A program made the position numbers and the translations under genes. Under the pieces are notes generated by a model, which had not been told where the DNA came from, searched no databases, and worked only from the letters and a program-made list of their open reading frames with translations. This document shows, piece after piece, positions 27,627 through 37,196 of a stretch of 64,000 nt of DNA. The stretch covers positions 369 through 64,368 of the forward strand of contig JACMOV010000221.1 of NCBI GenBank assembly GCA_014377845.1. Direction: 5' to 3'. Positions within the stretch are counted from its first letter, which is position 1. The number at the start of each line of letters is the position of its first letter. This stretch comes from Herminiimonas sp. Lineage in GTDB: Bacteria; Pseudomonadota; Gammaproteobacteria; Burkholderiales; Burkholderiaceae_D.

Positions 27627-28847
27627 ATGGCCACCATTCTTGTCGTCGACGACCACGCGATCAATCGCGCATTCCTGGTCACGCTGCTGAGTTACTGCGA
27701 CCATCGCATGCTGGAAGCCCAAGATGGCGCCGCTGCCTTGAAGATGATGCAGCGCGAGCGCCCGGACCTCGTGATTTCCGACATCCTCATGCCGAACATG
27801 GATGGCCACGAGTTCGTCACCCGCATGCATGCCTCGCCCGACCTGGTGCAGATTCCCGTCATCTTCTACACCGCGGCCCACCATGAAGAAGAGGCGCTGG
27901 TGATCGCGCGCTCGTGCGGTGTCCGGGGGGTGCTCACGAAGCCGTCCGAACCCGACGTGATCATGCGCACCGTCAGCGAAGTGCTCGGCGTGGCGTTAAC
28001 GGTCAAATCCGTACCACCGCTGACGGCGCCGCCGGCGGAAGGCAGCCGTTTCAGCACGATCGACAACCAGCTTGCGGAATACCTCGTGGAACTGGAAAGC
28101 AGCAGCGCCCTGATCGCCCAACTCGCGGTTGCGCCCGGCATGACGGAAGCGGCTTCGGTGGACCGGGCTGCAGCGCAAAAACGACTCGCATCGTCGCTTC
28201 TGCATCTGCAGTCAGCCAGCATTCGACTGACTTCGCTACTCGACATCAGTCGCGAAATCGCCGCCGAAACCGATACCGGCGTTGAAGCCGACGCCCACGT
28301 TGCTGCGGCGCCCGGGTACAGCATTGCGCGGCTGCCGAGCGGCGGTTCAACCGTTCCACCGCCGGCAGCCGGCAATGATCGGGCAGAGATCACGGTTACA
28401 CGGGAGCGGGCAAAGTTTCGGGAACGCCTAGCGAAGGCACTCCAGTTCGCCGGTTATCCACACGACAGCCCGACCCAGCTCGCCCGCGAATTCAACTTCC
28501 GTTTTTCTGGCCGGCCAGTGACGATCCACGCAGCGCGAAAATGGCTGGTCGGCGAATCGATCCCGACGCAGGACAAGCTGCGCATCCTGGCGCAGTGGCT
28601 GGGCGTGACGGCGGAGTGGCTACGCTTCGGCGATGCCGACAAGACTGCCGCCGGCCATGTGCGGCCGCCGGCACCGGCGGCCAATTCCGAAGAGGGAAAA
28701 CTGCTGGCGGCGCTGCTCGAGCTGGACCCGTATCACCGCCGCCTCGCGCATGACTTCGTCAGCATGCTGGCAGCCAAACCGATGCAAGCGGGCGCGCCGG
28801 GCAAGCAGCCGGCGACACCCCGGAATATCAAGGTCAGGCCGGCGTAA
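27627..28847 (+). CDS. Response regulator with N-terminal receiver, a roughly 170-aa unknown middle region and C-terminal XRE/Cro-type HTH
   Basis: The REC domain is 'ILVVDDH', 'DLVISDILMPNMDG', 'FYTA' and 'LTKP'. The C-terminus 'TQLAREFNFRFSGRPVTIHAARKWLVGESIPTQDKLRILAQWLGVTAEWLRFG' looks like HTH_3. Confidence 0.8.
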   Translation: MATILVVDDHAINRAFLVTLLSYCDHRMLEAQDGAAALKMMQRERPDLVISDILMPNMDGHEFVTRMHASPDLVQIPVIFYTAAHHEEEALVIARSCGVRGVLTKPSEPDVIMRTVSEVLGVALTVKSVPPLTAPPAEGSRFSTIDNQLAEYLVELESSSALIAQLAVAPGMTEAASVDRAAAQKRLASSLLHLQSASIRLTSLLDISREIAAETDTGVEADAHVAAAPGYSIARLPSGGSTVPPPAAGNDRAEITVTRERAKFRERLAKALQFAGYPHDSPTQLAREFNFRFSGRPVTIHAARKWLVGESIPTQDKLRILAQWLGVTAEWLRFGDADKTAAGHVRPPAPAANSEEGKLLAALLELDPYHRRLAHDFVSMLAAKPMQAGAPGKQPATPRNIKVRPA

Positions 28848-29901
28848 CCGGGGTGGCGCGGCGCAGGCGCACACCGGCAGCCAGGTCGTCGAGCACGCCG
28901 AGGCTGTCTTCCCAGCTGATGCAGCCATCGGTCACCGACTGTCCGTAAGTCAGGGTCTTGCCTTCTACCAGATCCTGGCGGCCTGCCACCAGGTGCGACT
29001 CCACCATGACGCCGACGATACGACGATCGCCGCCAGCGACCTGGCGGCTGATGTCGGCGCAGACCGGCACCTGGTTTTCAGGCTTCTTCGAACTGTTGGC
29101 ATGCGAGGCATCGATCATCAGCCGGGCGGCCAGGCCGCTGGCTTCGATGGCCTTGCAGGCGGCATCGACGCTGGCGGCGTCGTAGTTCGGGGCTTTGCCG
29201 CCGCGCAGGATGATGTGGCAGTCTTCATTGCCGTTGGTCGAGACGATGGCCGAGTGTCCGCCCTTGGTCACCGACAGGAAATGATGCGGCTGCGACGCCG
29301 CCTTGATCGCATCCACCGCGATCTTGATATTGCCATCGGTGCCGTTCTTGAAGCCGACCGGGCAGGATAATCCGGAAGCCAGCTCGCGATGCACCTGCGA
29401 TTCGGTGGTGCGGGCGCCGATCGCGCCCCAGCTGATCAGGTCGGCGATGTACTGCGGGCTGATCACGTCGAGGAATTCGGTGCCGGCCGGCAGCCCGAGT
29501 TCGTTGATGTTCAGGAGCAGTTCACGCGCCGTGCGCAAGCCGTCGTTGATGCGGAAACTGTTGTCCATGTAGGGATCGTTGATCAGACCCTTCCAGCCGA
29601 CGGTGGTGCGCGGCTTTTCGAAATACACCCGCATCACGATTTCCAGATCATCCTTGAACCGCACCCGCTGCTCGGCAAGCCGGTGTGCGTATTCCATCGC
29701 CGCCTTGGTATCGTGAATCGAACACGGTCCGATGACGACCATCAGGCGATCGTCCTGGCCGTGCAGGATACGGTGCAATGCCGCGCGCGATTTCCCGGCC
29801 GTGTCGGCGGCAGTTTCGCTGCAGCCGAACTCGCGGATCAGGTGCGACGGCGGCGTCAGTTCCTTCATCTCGCGAATGCGCAAATCGTCGGTGCGTATCA
29901 T
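28834..29901 (-). CDS. aroG: 3-deoxy-7-phosphoheptulonate (DAHP) synthase, class I
   Basis: 'GPCSIHD', 'RVYFEKPRTTVGWKGLINDP' and 'GARTTESQVHRELASGLSCPVGFKNGTDG'. I prefer the ATG at 29901, which has GGAGAA 5 nt upstream, over the ATG at 29913. Which isozyme this is (Phe/Tyr/Trp specificity) is not determinable. Confidence 0.95.
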   Translation of the reverse strand: MIRTDDLRIREMKELTPPSHLIREFGCSETAADTAGKSRAALHRILHGQDDRLMVVIGPCSIHDTKAAMEYAHRLAEQRVRFKDDLEIVMRVYFEKPRTTVGWKGLINDPYMDNSFRINDGLRTARELLLNINELGLPAGTEFLDVISPQYIADLISWGAIGARTTESQVHRELASGLSCPVGFKNGTDGNIKIAVDAIKAASQPHHFLSVTKGGHSAIVSTNGNEDCHIILRGGKAPNYDAASVDAACKAIEASGLAARLMIDASHANSSKKPENQVPVCADISRQVAGGDRRIVGVMVESHLVAGRQDLVEGKTLTYGQSVTDGCISWEDSLGVLDDLAAGVRLRRATPVTPA

Positions 29902-29934
29902 GCTGTTCTCCATGCAAAAGTGAATGCGGCAAAT

Positions 29935-29961
29935 AAAAAACCGCCTGCTCGGCGGTTTTTT
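29935..29961 (-). terminator. Intrinsic terminator / attenuator hairpin directly upstream of the aroG RBS
   Basis: AAAAAACCGCC-TGCTC-GGCGGTTTTTT. On the minus strand the stem is followed by UUUUUUAUUU, and about 20 nt further on comes the aroG SD. Confidence 0.7.
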
Positions 29962-29981
29962 AAGAAATTCGGTGGGTTTCG

Positions 29982-30074
29982 TCAGACTGCTTTTACGTGA
30001 ACCTTCCGCTTTTCCACCGCCGTTGGGCTGGAAACGCTAAAGTAAAAATAAAAGTGAAATGGCATGGTGCGCAT
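29982..30074 (-). CDS. Candidate Phe/Tyr-rich leader peptide (30 aa) of the aroG leader
   Basis: My own translation of the minus strand gives MRTMPFHFYFYFSVSSPTAVEKRKVHVKAV*. It has four Phe and two Tyr in seven consecutive codons. Most of them use TTT/TAT, which are rare-looking in this GC-rich genome. Confidence 0.55.
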   Translation of the reverse strand: MRTMPFHFYFYFSVSSPTAVEKRKVHVKAV

Positions 30075-30142
30075 GGGATGCTCAGTCGATCGAATACAGC
30101 AATAGTGCAATGGTTTGCAGATTTCCGCAAGTTGCAGTCCAC

Positions 30143-30170
30143 ATTATGCTGCATTTGCGTCATTCGTCAA
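30143..30170 (-). promoter_or_regulatory. Sigma70-like promoter for the aroG leader
   Basis: On the minus strand: TTGACG (30170-30165), a 16-nt spacer, then CATAAT (30148-30143). It lies immediately after the tldD stop. Confidence 0.5.
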
Positions 30171-30190
30171 AATTTTCAACTGCCGGCGTA

Positions 30191-31651
30191 TCAGGCCGTG
30201 CCGCCGACCGTCACGCCGTCGATTCGCAGGGTCGGCTGGCCGACGCCGACCGGCACGCTCTGGCCTTCCTTGCCGCACACGCCGACACCGGAATCGAGAC
30301 GCATGTCGTTGCCGATCATGGACACCCGGTTGAGCACATCGGGACCGTTGCCGATCAGGGTCGCGCCCTTCACCGGATAGGTCACCTTGCCGTTTTCGAT
30401 CATGTACGCCTCGCTCGCGGAAAATACGAACTTGCCATTGGTGATGTCGACCTGCCCGCCGCCGAAATTGACGGCGTACAGGCCGTTCTTGACCGATGCC
30501 AGGATCTCCTGCGGATCGCGGTCGCCGGCCAGCATGTAGGTGTTGGTCATGCGTGGCATCGGCAGGTGGGCAAACGATTCGCGGCGGGCGTTACCGGTGA
30601 CCGGCATCTTCATCAAACGCGCATTCATCGTGTCCTGGATATACCCTTTCAGGATGCCGTCCTCGATCAGCGTGGTGCACTGGGTCGGATTGCCTTCGTC
30701 GTCGATATTGAGCGAGCCGCGGCGGTCGGCGATGGTGCCGTCGTCGACTACCGTCACGCCGCGAGCGGCAACCCGCTCGCCGATGCGCCCGGAGAAGGTG
30801 CTGGAGCCCTTGCGGTTGAAGTCGCCCTCGAGGCCATGGCCGATCGCCTCGTGCAGCAGGATGCCAGGCCAGCCCGGCGCCAGCACCACGGTCATCGGAC
30901 CGGCGGGTGCAGGCCGCGCATCGAGATTGACCAGCGCCGCCGCGACTGCCTTGTCAGCGTAGTCTTCCAGTACCGCCTGGTCGAAATAGGCATAGCTGAA
31001 GCGCCCGCCGCCGCCCGACGAACCCATCTCGCGCCGCCCGTCCTGCTCGGCGAGGACGGTCACCGACAGGCGCACCAGCGGCCGGATGTCGGCAGCGATG
31101 ACGCCATCGCTGCGCACCACCAGCACCACGTCGTATTCACCGGCCAGGCCGGCCATGACCTGCACCACGCGCGGGTCCTTCTTGCGAGCGATGCGTTCGA
31201 CGCGCTCCAGCAGGTTGACCTTGGCAGTGGCGTCGAGCGAAGCCAGCGGATCGTTCGGCAGGTACAGCGAACGGCCGCCGTTCGGTGCGATGGCGGACGC
31301 GACCTTGACCTTGCCGGCGCCCTGGCGCGCGATGGTACGGGTGGCGGTCGCCGCTTCCAGCAAGGCGCGCTCGGAAATTTCATCGGAGTAGGAAAACGCC
31401 GTCTTGTCGCCCGATACCGCACGCACGCCGACGCCCTGGTCGATCGAGAAACTGCCGGTCTTGACGATGCCCTCTTCCAGGCTCCAGCCCTCGCTCTTTG
31501 TGAACTGGAAATACATGTCGGCGTAATCGACCTTATGGGTAAACATCGTGCCGAGCGCGCGGATCAGCTTGCCTTCATCCAGGCCGAATGGCGTCAGAAG
31601 AATGTCGCGCGCGGCGGAAAGGGTTTGCAGATTGGGTTCGAATGGCGTCAT
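30191..31651 (-). CDS. tldD: Metalloprotease TldD
   Basis: '[18 protein letters not shown]' and '[21 protein letters not shown]'. The start is at 'MTPFEPNLQ'. Confidence 0.95.
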   Translation of the reverse strand: MTPFEPNLQTLSAARDILLTPFGLDEGKLIRALGTMFTHKVDYADMYFQFTKSEGWSLEEGIVKTGSFSIDQGVGVRAVSGDKTAFSYSDEISERALLEAATATRTIARQGAGKVKVASAIAPNGGRSLYLPNDPLASLDATAKVNLLERVERIARKKDPRVVQVMAGLAGEYDVVLVVRSDGVIAADIRPLVRLSVTVLAEQDGRREMGSSGGGGRFSYAYFDQAVLEDYADKAVAAALVNLDARPAPAGPMTVVLAPGWPGILLHEAIGHGLEGDFNRKGSSTFSGRIGERVAARGVTVVDDGTIADRRGSLNIDDEGNPTQCTTLIEDGILKGYIQDTMNARLMKMPVTGNARRESFAHLPMPRMTNTYMLAGDRDPQEILASVKNGLYAVNFGGGQVDITNGKFVFSASEAYMIENGKVTYPVKGATLIGNGPDVLNRVSMIGNDMRLDSGVGVCGKEGQSVPVGVGQPTLRIDGVTVGGTA

Positions 31652-31861
31652 GGGGAACTCGCTTGTCTGGTTCGCGCACGCGGCGAAAACCGCCGGTGCC
31701 GCTGAAAAAAGAGGAAAGAAAGGATGCAAGGTCAGTTCGCCGATTGTAGATCAATTCACGGCGCAGATCACCGCGGCGATGACTGCGCGAGTGTCGAAGC
31801 AGCGGCGGTCGTCAACGACGACGGCGCCATTCGGCTCGAACGCGGACCGGAGCAGAGGTAC

Positions 31862-32683
31862 CTACAACCTGCGGTGCCGTAATGCCGGCAGGTTCTCGCG
31901 CACGGTGGCAATGCGCGCCGGATCGAGCATCCCGGCAACCACGCCCTCGCCTTCCGGCAGCACGTCGAGGATCTCGCCCCACGGGTCGACCAGCATGCTG
32001 TGGCCCCAGGTGCGTCGGCCGTTCGGATGCGTGCCGCCCTGCGCCGCCGCCAGGACGTAGCACTGGTTTTCGATGGCGCGGGCGCGCAGCAGGATTTCCC
32101 AGTGCGCGGCGCCCGTCGTATAGGTGAAGGCGGATGGCACCACCATCAGCACGCAGTCGCCGAGCGCGCGGTACAGCTCCGGAAAGCGCAGGTCGTAGCA
32201 CACCGACAGGCCGACCTTGCCGAGCGGCGTCTGCAACGTCGCCACCGTTGCGCCGGGCGTGATGGTGCGCGACTCGTCGTAGGATTCGGTGCCGCGCGTG
32301 AAGCTGAAAAGATGCAGCTTGTCGTAGCGCGCCGCCTGCGCGCCATCCGGCCCGTAGGCCAGCAGGGTATTGAGCACCTTGCCTTCATCGGCACTGACCA
32401 GCGGCAGCGTGCCGCCGACCAGCCAGATGCGGTGCCGCGCCGCCATCGACGCCATCGCCTCCTGGATCGGTCCGCCGCCCGGCGTTTCGGCGTGCGCCAG
32501 CTTGTCGCGTTCGTGCATGCCAAGCAAGGGCCAGTATTCGGGCAGCGACACCAGGCCGGCACCGGCATCGGCCGCCTCCTGCACCCTGCGCTGCGCCGCC
32601 GCGATGTTGACCCCGATATCGGGCGTGGACACCATCTGGATTGCCGCCACGCGCATGCTGGCCGGCTTTTCGGAGGCTGTCAT
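31862..32683 (-). CDS. Carbon-nitrogen hydrolase (nitrilase superfamily) protein
   Basis: 'LVSLPEYW' and 'SVCYDLRFPELY' (catalytic Cys). GGAGG lies 7 nt upstream of the ATG at 32683. An alternative ATG at 32689 overlaps the yhdP stop. Confidence 0.9.
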   Translation of the reverse strand: MTASEKPASMRVAAIQMVSTPDIGVNIAAAQRRVQEAADAGAGLVSLPEYWPLLGMHERDKLAHAETPGGGPIQEAMASMAARHRIWLVGGTLPLVSADEGKVLNTLLAYGPDGAQAARYDKLHLFSFTRGTESYDESRTITPGATVATLQTPLGKVGLSVCYDLRFPELYRALGDCVLMVVPSAFTYTTGAAHWEILLRARAIENQCYVLAAAQGGTHPNGRRTWGHSMLVDPWGEILDVLPEGEGVVAGMLDPARIATVRENLPALRHRRL

Positions 32684-32685
32684 GG

Positions 32686-35600
32686 TCATCCCTCCTTGCT
32701 GGTCGACGGCGCTGTCTGCGCCGGGAGTTCAACGCCCTTGCGATCGACCTTGACTACCTGCGGCGCGGTCCAGGGACCGGTGATCGTGTACTCGAACGTG
32801 AAGGCGCGCATCAGCGGATCGCGCAGGAACAGCTGCGCCAGGAACGAACCGAGGCCGATCACCGGATTGACCGCCAGCGCGTAGACCACCGAGGCGGTGC
32901 CGACATTGATTTCCGGGATCACCGCCACGTGCAGGTTCTGGGTTTCGCGCGCGATGTCGGCGCTGCCGTCCATGATCACGGTGGCGCTGACGCTGCGCAT
33001 CTTCAGGTTATCGGTCTTGGCCACGCCATGGGCGATGCCAACGGTACCGGCGATGCCGTCGAATGCGAAGCCGTCGGAGAACACGTCGCGAAAGTCCAGC
33101 GTCAGCCGCCGCGGCAACGACTGCAGGCTCAGCACGCCGAGCAGCTTGGCCGCGCCTGGGTCGACCTTGAGAAACTGGCCGGCCGCCATGTCGATGCGCA
33201 TCTGGCCGCCCAGGCTTGGCACGTCCAGTGAGAACGGCAGGCCCTGCCAGCTGACATCGCCCTCCATCAATCCCTTGCCGCCCTTGAGCACGTTGGCAAA
33301 GCCGAAGCGCTCCAGCAGCTTGCCGGCATTGGCGATGTCGAGCCGGTATGACAGATTGGTGGTGCTGTCGCCGCCAGCGACCCGGCTCCAGGTGCCGGTC
33401 GCCTTGAGCTCCGCATCGGCGTTCGTCAGCAGCAGCTTGTTGATCCGCCACTCCCGCGCGCCAGCCGCGCGGCCGTTGTTCGCACCCAGTTCGAGCCGGC
33501 CCATCTTCTTGCCGAACAGTTCGAAATTCTCGGCGATGATGTCGAGTGCCGGAATCTGCGTGGTCGCATTTTTCCCTTCGAGGATTTCCGTCACGTCCGA
33601 TGCGGCCGTCTTCGGAATGATGAGCGACGACAGGCGGGCGGTGACCCGTCCCAGACCCTGGCCCGACTGGGATTCGTTCCAGGTCACGTATCCGGAGGCT
33701 TGGGCGGCGTCGATGTTGGCCTGCCAGACGCCTTTCTGGTGCGAGACGCCGACCACCACGTTGTCGAGCTTCTTGCCGGCGATGATCAGCTCGGTCGCGC
33801 GCGCCGAGAGGACTTCCGGTTCGACGTACTGACGCAGTCCGCCGCCATCGCCGGACGCCGGCGCGGGTGCCGGGACTGGCGCCGCCGCAGTCGCGACTTC
33901 CGCCGGCCGGTCGGCGCCGGCGATGGCGCTCGTCAGGCTGCGCCAGGCGTCGATGTTCAGCGTCTTCAAGCTGACGTTGGCGCTGACGCCACTGTCGGGC
34001 TGCGGCGCCGGCACGTTGACGCCGATGCCGCCGCGGACCACGTTCCAGGACGCGTTCTTCTCGGTCGATTTCTGCCGCTCGTACCGGGCCGACAAAGCAC
34101 TGCCCAGGGATATCCGGATCTCGTCGCGCAGGCCGGCGTTTTCTTCGCCGGGTGCGCCGGCAATCTCGAACTTCAGCGGCAACACTTCACTTGCCGCTTT
34201 TTTCAACGGCGCGGGAAAGTCCAGCGCAATGCCCTGCAGGCTGGAGTCAACCAGGATTTCGAGCCGCTTCTTGCGCACCGCGATGGTGGCGGCGTAGCGG
34301 CTGCCACCGCTGATATGGTCCGCCAGGCGCTGCATGGCAGCCGCGGGATAGGTGCGGCGGAAGCCGTCGGCGGTGACGTTGCCTTCGGCCTTGATCACGA
34401 TGGCGCCGTCGCGCTGCGTGCCGCCGGGCGCCAACACCGGCCCGCCCATGAAATTCGCCTTCATCGCGTTGAGGGTGACACCCTTTTCATTGAACTCGAG
34501 CTTGCCGCTGGTTTGCGCCAGCATCGGGATCGCCGGCTGCAGCGTGACATCATTGTTGGCAAACGCCAGCACGCCCTGCACCTTCGATTCCGGCATGCGG
34601 GCCAGCGGCAACTGCAGTTGCAGTCCGAGTACTGCATTGCCGGTCGCCCGGGTCTCCTCGGTGAAGCGCGCGATCCAGTCGGCCACCGGACTGTCGTTGA
34701 CGAAGCCGACCAGTTCCTGCAGCGCGCCCGACGCCGTGCCGTCGACGCCGAGCACCTTGTCCGGCGCGAGCAGGTCGGGAATCGCGGCCTTCACGTTGGT
34801 CAGGGCGACATTGTGGATCTTCGCGGTCTTCGCGTCGATTTCCATGCGGCCCCGATCGAACACGATCGAACCTTGCAATGCCTCGATCAGCGGCCACAGC
34901 GGCGCCTTGCCATCCTTTGCGAAGCGGCCCGGCGCGACATCGAGGCGGCCGTTCTCGATCCGGCCGTCGACATGGAACTCGCCGGCTGGCCGCGCCGGCG
35001 CGCCAGCCGCTACCGGCGCGTGAAACGGGAACCCCGACAAGTCGCCCTTGAGCTTGAGATGCCCCTCCTGCAGCGTGCCGCCAACCAGTGCGCCGTTGAG
35101 CCATCCGCGCAGGTTGGCCGGCGTGGCCAGCGGCAGGTAGGTATCGATCTGCGCGATATCGAGGCCGCCAAATTCGCCGGCCACGTCGATCGTGCCGAGC
35201 GGCTTGCCGCGTTGCAGCTCGAGCGGCATCAGGTGCGTGCCGGACAGGCTGCCATGCAGGCCGCGCCGCGCGAACTTCAGGCTTGCCATGTTGAGCAGCA
35301 GCTGGTCGCCTTTCTGGAAGGTCCAGGTGGCGCGCATGTCGAGCTGGTCGAACGCAATCAGCGGGTCGGCGAAGTAACCGGGAAGGTGCAGTTGCAGATT
35401 GCTCGACGCCAGCGAGAAACGGCCGCCGCGATCGTTGGCCTCGACCGCGCCGGTCAGGTTGTCGAAACCGGGAATGGCAGGCAGTGCGGCCTGCGCCGGG
35501 GTGGTTGCGGTCTTTGGCCGCGCCGGTCGGGCAGGCTGCGCCTTGAGCGACAGGTTGCTGAAATTACCCTTGGCGCTGTAGCTGGAAATCTCGGGATAGG

Positions 35601-36996
35601 TGCCACGCCAGTTGGCCGTGAAGTCCCGCAGCGTGCCCTGCGGCGAAAAATCCTGCAGCATGCGGCGCTGGGCCGGCGGCAGCGGCAGGCGTTCCACCAC
35701 GCTGGCAAGCGTCTGCAGATCCAGCAGCCGCGCCGAGAAACCGGCCTGTTCCGGCTGCCCGTTGCGCGCCGGCAGATAGCGTTCGCTGATCGTGGTGGCC
35801 GGCAGCCGCAAGCCGTCGCGCGTCTCCATCGAAAAATCCGTCAGGGCGATGGTGTGGCCGTTGGTCCCGAAAGCGCCGATGCCGGCCGGGGCCGATGCGA
35901 CGAGGGGCAAGGACGATGTGGGCAGCTTCAGCGCCGCAGCGGCGACGTCGGATGCGACGACGAAGGCGCTTTTTTGCGGGATGTCTTCCTGGATCGAAAT
36001 GCGGCCATCGACTGCCACCAGTTCCAGCAGCGGCAGCTCAGGCGCGAGCCGCGCAGTGACATCGGCGAGATGCAGGTCGGCAGTGAAATCGGCGACCTTT
36101 TCATGATCGAAGAATAGCCAGGATCGCACGCTGCCGCTGCCCGCGCCGAGGGTGATCGGATAGTGCACGTAGCCGGCCCAGCCGGCCAGCGCCGGACTGC
36201 GCACGTCGGCATACAACGTTCCGGCCCATTGCGAGACATCGCTGATCTTGCGCGCAAAGCGCGGATGTTCGACGATTCCGCGCAGGTCGAGCGGCGCGGC
36301 CAGGCCGGCCGGCGGCTGCGCGGTCAGGGCAAATGCATGCTGCTGCCAGATGTTTTCAAGCCTGAAGGCGACATGTTCGAGCGCCAGTTCCGGTGCGGCG
36401 CGCACGGCATCGTTCCAGCGCACGCGGCCGTCGCGGATCACGATCCGGTGCTGCGACAGGATCCAGTCGGCGCCCTTGCCGTCGCCGCTCTTGGTCGTAT
36501 CGATGAAGATGCCAGCCACGAACAGGCGACCGTCGGCCTCGCGCCGGATATCGAGGTCGGGCCGATCGATCTCGAGTGCATCGAGCCGCACTTCACCGAC
36601 CGGCACCGACCACCAGGACAGGGCGGCCGTGACTTTCGGCAGGCGCAGTGCGACGCCCCCGGCATGATCGTGCACCGCGACATCGGTCAAGGCCAGGCGC
36701 GGCGTGAACCGCGACCAACTGGCATCGATGCGCGCAATCGACACCGGCTGGCCGATCGCCTGCGAGGCGAGCCGCTCGATATCGGGCTTGTAATGGTCGA
36801 TGTTGGGCATGACGCCATAACGCAGGCCCAGAAACAGGATGCAGAACAGGAAATAGGCCGCCACGATTGCCCTGCCGGCAAGGCAGCTCACCTTCCAGAC
36901 GCTGGCGTGCGCCATGCGGAATCCGGTCAGGGCGGCCCGGGCGCATGCAGGGCCGAAACCAGGGGCCGGTGGCGGAGAAGAAGGCGGCAAGGACAT
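32686..36996 (-). CDS. yhdP: YhdP family (AsmA-like, TIGR02099-type) large envelope protein
   Basis: About 1400 aa with an N-terminal TM 'AIVAAYFLFCILFLGLRYGV', and the conserved yhdP-nit-tldD gene order. The start is uncertain: 36996 or 36915. The 37176 start in the track is probably too long. Confidence 0.85.
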   Translation of the reverse strand: MSLPPSSPPPAPGFGPACARAALTGFRMAHASVWKVSCLAGRAIVAAYFLFCILFLGLRYGVMPNIDHYKPDIERLASQAIGQPVSIARIDASWSRFTPRLALTDVAVHDHAGGVALRLPKVTAALSWWSVPVGEVRLDALEIDRPDLDIRREADGRLFVAGIFIDTTKSGDGKGADWILSQHRIVIRDGRVRWNDAVRAAPELALEHVAFRLENIWQQHAFALTAQPPAGLAAPLDLRGIVEHPRFARKISDVSQWAGTLYADVRSPALAGWAGYVHYPITLGAGSGSVRSWLFFDHEKVADFTADLHLADVTARLAPELPLLELVAVDGRISIQEDIPQKSAFVVASDVAAAALKLPTSSLPLVASAPAGIGAFGTNGHTIALTDFSMETRDGLRLPATTISERYLPARNGQPEQAGFSARLLDLQTLASVVERLPLPPAQRRMLQDFSPQGTLRDFTANWRGTYPEISSYSAKGNFSNLSLKAQPARPARPKTATTPAQAALPAIPGFDNLTGAVEANDRGGRFSLASSNLQLHLPGYFADPLIAFDQLDMRATWTFQKGDQLLLNMASLKFARRGLHGSLSGTHLMPLELQRGKPLGTIDVAGEFGGLDIAQIDTYLPLATPANLRGWLNGALVGGTLQEGHLKLKGDLSGFPFHAPVAAGAPARPAGEFHVDGRIENGRLDVAPGRFAKDGKAPLWPLIEALQGSIVFDRGRMEIDAKTAKIHNVALTNVKAAIPDLLAPDKVLGVDGTASGALQELVGFVNDSPVADWIARFTEETRATGNAVLGLQLQLPLARMPESKVQGVLAFANNDVTLQPAIPMLAQTSGKLEFNEKGVTLNAMKANFMGGPVLAPGGTQRDGAIVIKAEGNVTADGFRRTYPAAAMQRLADHISGGSRYAATIAVRKKRLEILVDSSLQGIALDFPAPLKKAASEVLPLKFEIAGAPGEENAGLRDEIRISLGSALSARYERQKSTEKNASWNVVRGGIGVNVPAPQPDSGVSANVSLKTLNIDAWRSLTSAIAGADRPAEVATAAAPVPAPAPASGDGGGLRQYVEPEVLSARATELIIAGKKLDNVVVGVSHQKGVWQANIDAAQASGYVTWNESQSGQGLGRVTARLSSLIIPKTAASDVTEILEGKNATTQIPALDIIAENFELFGKKMGRLELGANNGRAAGAREWRINKLLLTNADAELKATGTWSRVAGGDSTTNLSYRLDIANAGKLLERFGFANVLKGGKGLMEGDVSWQGLPFSLDVPSLGGQMRIDMAAGQFLKVDPGAAKLLGVLSLQSLPRRLTLDFRDVFSDGFAFDGIAGTVGIAHGVAKTDNLKMRSVSATVIMDGSADIARETQNLHVAVIPEINVGTASVVYALAVNPVIGLGSFLAQLFLRDPLMRAFTFEYTITGPWTAPQVVKVDRKGVELPAQTAPSTSKEG

Positions 36997-37196
36997 CAGG
37001 TGGAAGGGCTCAAGATCGGGTTCGACTGACGGTAAGACGGGCCGTCCAACCTGGACCGGCATTGCAGCTGCTCGCGCGACAGGCTGTATAGTCGCATGAA
37101 ACCTGCCGCCGATGGTACGGTCACTGGCAGGTACCACCGATCCAGCGACCGCTCCGGCGCCGGCGTGACCGCGCACCAGTGCAGGACCGACGATCG

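Noticed and set aside
30059-31705. 548-aa plus-strand ORF opposite tldD.
   Set aside because: It is antisense to a TldD gene with the diagnostic HEAIGH motif. This is a high-GC artefact.
33700-36117. 805-aa plus-strand ORF opposite yhdP.
   Set aside because: It is an antisense artefact, very Arg/Gly/Ala-rich with no TM helix or domain.
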